This document shows positions 39,087 through 40,397 of a DNA stretch of 40,397 nucleotides, piece by piece (position 1 is the first letter of the stretch; every line of letters begins with the position of its first letter). The stretch comes from Methanimicrococcus sp. (lineage in GTDB: Archaea > Halobacteriota > Methanosarcinia > Methanosarcinales > Methanosarcinaceae): contig WRDC01000001.1 in NCBI GenBank assembly GCA_009783635.1, positions 1 to 40,397 of the forward strand. Reading direction: 5' to 3'. The translations under genes were made by a program, and so were the position numbers. A model generated the notes under the pieces. It searched no databases and was not told the DNA's origin. It saw only the letters and a program-made list of their open reading frames with translations.

Positions 39087-39539
39087 TCAGACAAATGACC
39101 CGCCCATCGGCGCCTCGCAAAAGCCGATGAGCTTGTAAATTTTTCCGCCCGCCTCATCTTCTTTTTGGAAAATTAAAGTTTTCAAATATACCTTTTTTTT
39201 GAAAAGATCGAAATAAACAACTTCGGGTTCACCATCACCGTTTTCGCCCCCGAAACCGTCATTGCCTGTCTCATCCTTAAAACCGTCGCCGCTCGTTTCA
39301 TCCTCAAAACCGTCATCATCGTTTTCATCCTCAAAATCGTCATTGTCGGGAAGCTCAGCCTCCCACTTTTCAATTTTTTTCGGGTCGGCTTCCACGGCAA
39401 AATCCGCCGTTTCAACATCAATCAGACTGACGTCATCGTCTTCATCCGTTTCATCAAAAGAAATCCGGAAGGTAAATCCTTCTTTTTCTAACCGGTTTTT
39501 GATTTCTTCCAAATTTGAAAATGTCTCTTCGATTTCCAT
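39087..39539 (-). CDS. Highly acidic hypothetical protein with internal 9-aa repeats
   Basis: 150-aa ORF, D/E-rich, DDFEDENDD/DGFEDETSG/DGFKDETGN/DGFGGENGD. Confidence 0.7.
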   Translation of the reverse strand: MEIEETFSNLEEIKNRLEKEGFTFRISFDETDEDDDVSLIDVETADFAVEADPKKIEKWEAELPDNDDFEDENDDDGFEDETSGDGFKDETGNDGFGGENGDGEPEVVYFDLFKKKVYLKTLIFQKEDEAGGKIYKLIGFCEAPMGGSFV

Positions 39540-39565
39540 AAACAGAAAATGGATTTTCTTCTATA

Positions 39566-39627
39566 TTAACGATTGACAAAAATTAACGATTGGAAAAACG
39601 ATTGGCAAAAATTAACGATTGACAAAA
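39566..39627. repeat. Short direct repeats (ATTAACGATTGACAAAA-like) x4
   Basis: AACGATTG recurs four times. Confidence 0.75.
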
Positions 39628-39660
39628 GCAAAGCTCTTCAGTCCGGATCAGTGTAAAAAA

Positions 39661-39880
39661 ATGATGAGAGGGGGTTTTGAACAAAAAAACCGGCGCCGGT
39701 GTTTGAATACAAAGTTAAATAAAAGAGCGACAAGAGGGGGATTTGAACCTAAAAGCCGGTGCCCGTGTTTGAATACAAAATCAAATAAAAAAGCGACAAG
39801 AGGGTGATTTGAATCGAAAAACCGGTACCCGTATTTGAATACAAGACTAAATAAAAAAGCGACGAGAGGGGGATTTGAAC
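39661..39880 (-). repeat. 66-bp tandem array reiterating the tRNA-Ser 3' end
   Basis: GCGAC(G/A)AGAGGGGGATTTGAAC-like segment at 39661, 39727, 39793 and 39859 (the tRNA itself). Confidence 0.9.
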
Positions 39881-39944
39881 CCCCGAGTTGCAAAGCAACA
39901 TAGGATTAGCAATCCTACGCCCTACCGAGCTAGGCTATCTCGTC
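39860..39944 (-). tRNA. tRNA-Ser(GCT)
   Basis: GACGAGA/TCTCGTC acceptor, TAGGA-TTGCTAA-TCCTA anticodon arm, long variable arm GTTGCTTTGCAAC, GGTTCAAATCC. Confidence 0.96.
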
Positions 39945-40074
39945 AGTGATTTCAACAGAAATTTCAAATTCTTTCCGTTCTGTTCAAAAATGCTTTCCCA
40001 TAAAAGAAAGACGAATATTTAATGCTTACTGTCCGCCGCTTTTCCGGGTCTTTGTTTTTCGGACGGGACAAAAA

Positions 40075-40388
40075 TGGTGAGCACGCATCGGTTCGTTACG
40101 CCTTCCGTACGCAGTCTCCGAAACCTCTCCTCCGCCCCGCAACCCCGTAAGCGACTGTTGTCCGCGGTAAGTCTGCTCCCTTCCGGGCCTGAACCGGTAC
40201 CCACGATTAAGAAAACCGAACCAAAACTCCTTTTGTCTCGGCAATCACCGCATTCCCAACGGGACAAGGTTTCAACGTTAAGATTTCGAACTTGTCATAA
40301 AGTCAGCAATACCTGGCCTTTGCTTCGTCACCCGCGTATCGGCGATTTCGGGTTACAAGCGACGCCTAGCTGCCCTGACTAGCCCACC
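40075..40388 (-). ncRNA. ffs: Archaeal SRP (7S) RNA
   Basis: Minus strand begins GGTGGGCTAG, has TGTAAC Alu motif and helix 8 CAGGCCCGGAAGGGAGCAG, ends GCTCACC; ~314 nt. Confidence 0.93.
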
Positions 40389-40397
40389 GAGTAAACA

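Noticed and set aside
39661-39880. 66-bp period array as a CRISPR
   Set aside because: The intervening segments are near-identical to each other rather than unique spacers, the repeat is a tRNA 3' end, and no cas genes are present
40019-40382. ORFs at the window end
   Set aside because: They overlap the SRP RNA gene

Overview
Core-genome window from a methanogenic archaeon of the Methanosarcinales; Methanimicrococcus/Methanolapillus-like is inferred from Methanosarcina-like proteins, a DUF1608-type S-layer-domain protein, MtxX and intergenic DNA crowded with short tandem repeats. It contains 38 credible CDSs: pus10-rpl21e-rpoF, the HMG-CoA synthase/thiolase/DUF35 mevalonate cluster with its HTH gene, alaS-yhbY, rpl10e-eif2b, aroB'-aroD-aroE-mtxX-tmk, ftsZ-secE-spt5-rpl11-rpl1-rplP0-rpl12, a ThiC-family protein with BzaF signatures, aglJ, tbp, surface proteins and two radical-SAM-fold proteins. 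It also has tRNA-Arg(TCT), tRNA-Ser(GCT) and SRP RNA. No CRISPR array, integrase or transposase was seen. The most notable observations are: a full-length radical SAM/SPASM-fold protein with no cysteine at all; candidate structured RNA leaders before rpl10e, rpl21e and rpl1; a P0 stalk protein lacking its acidic C-terminal tail; no TAG stop among the 38 genes; a 66-bp tandem array built from the tRNA-Ser 3' end; and a REP/MITE-like inverted-repeat element family with a GCGAAGCG core. All family assignments come from motif recognition by eye, not database searches.
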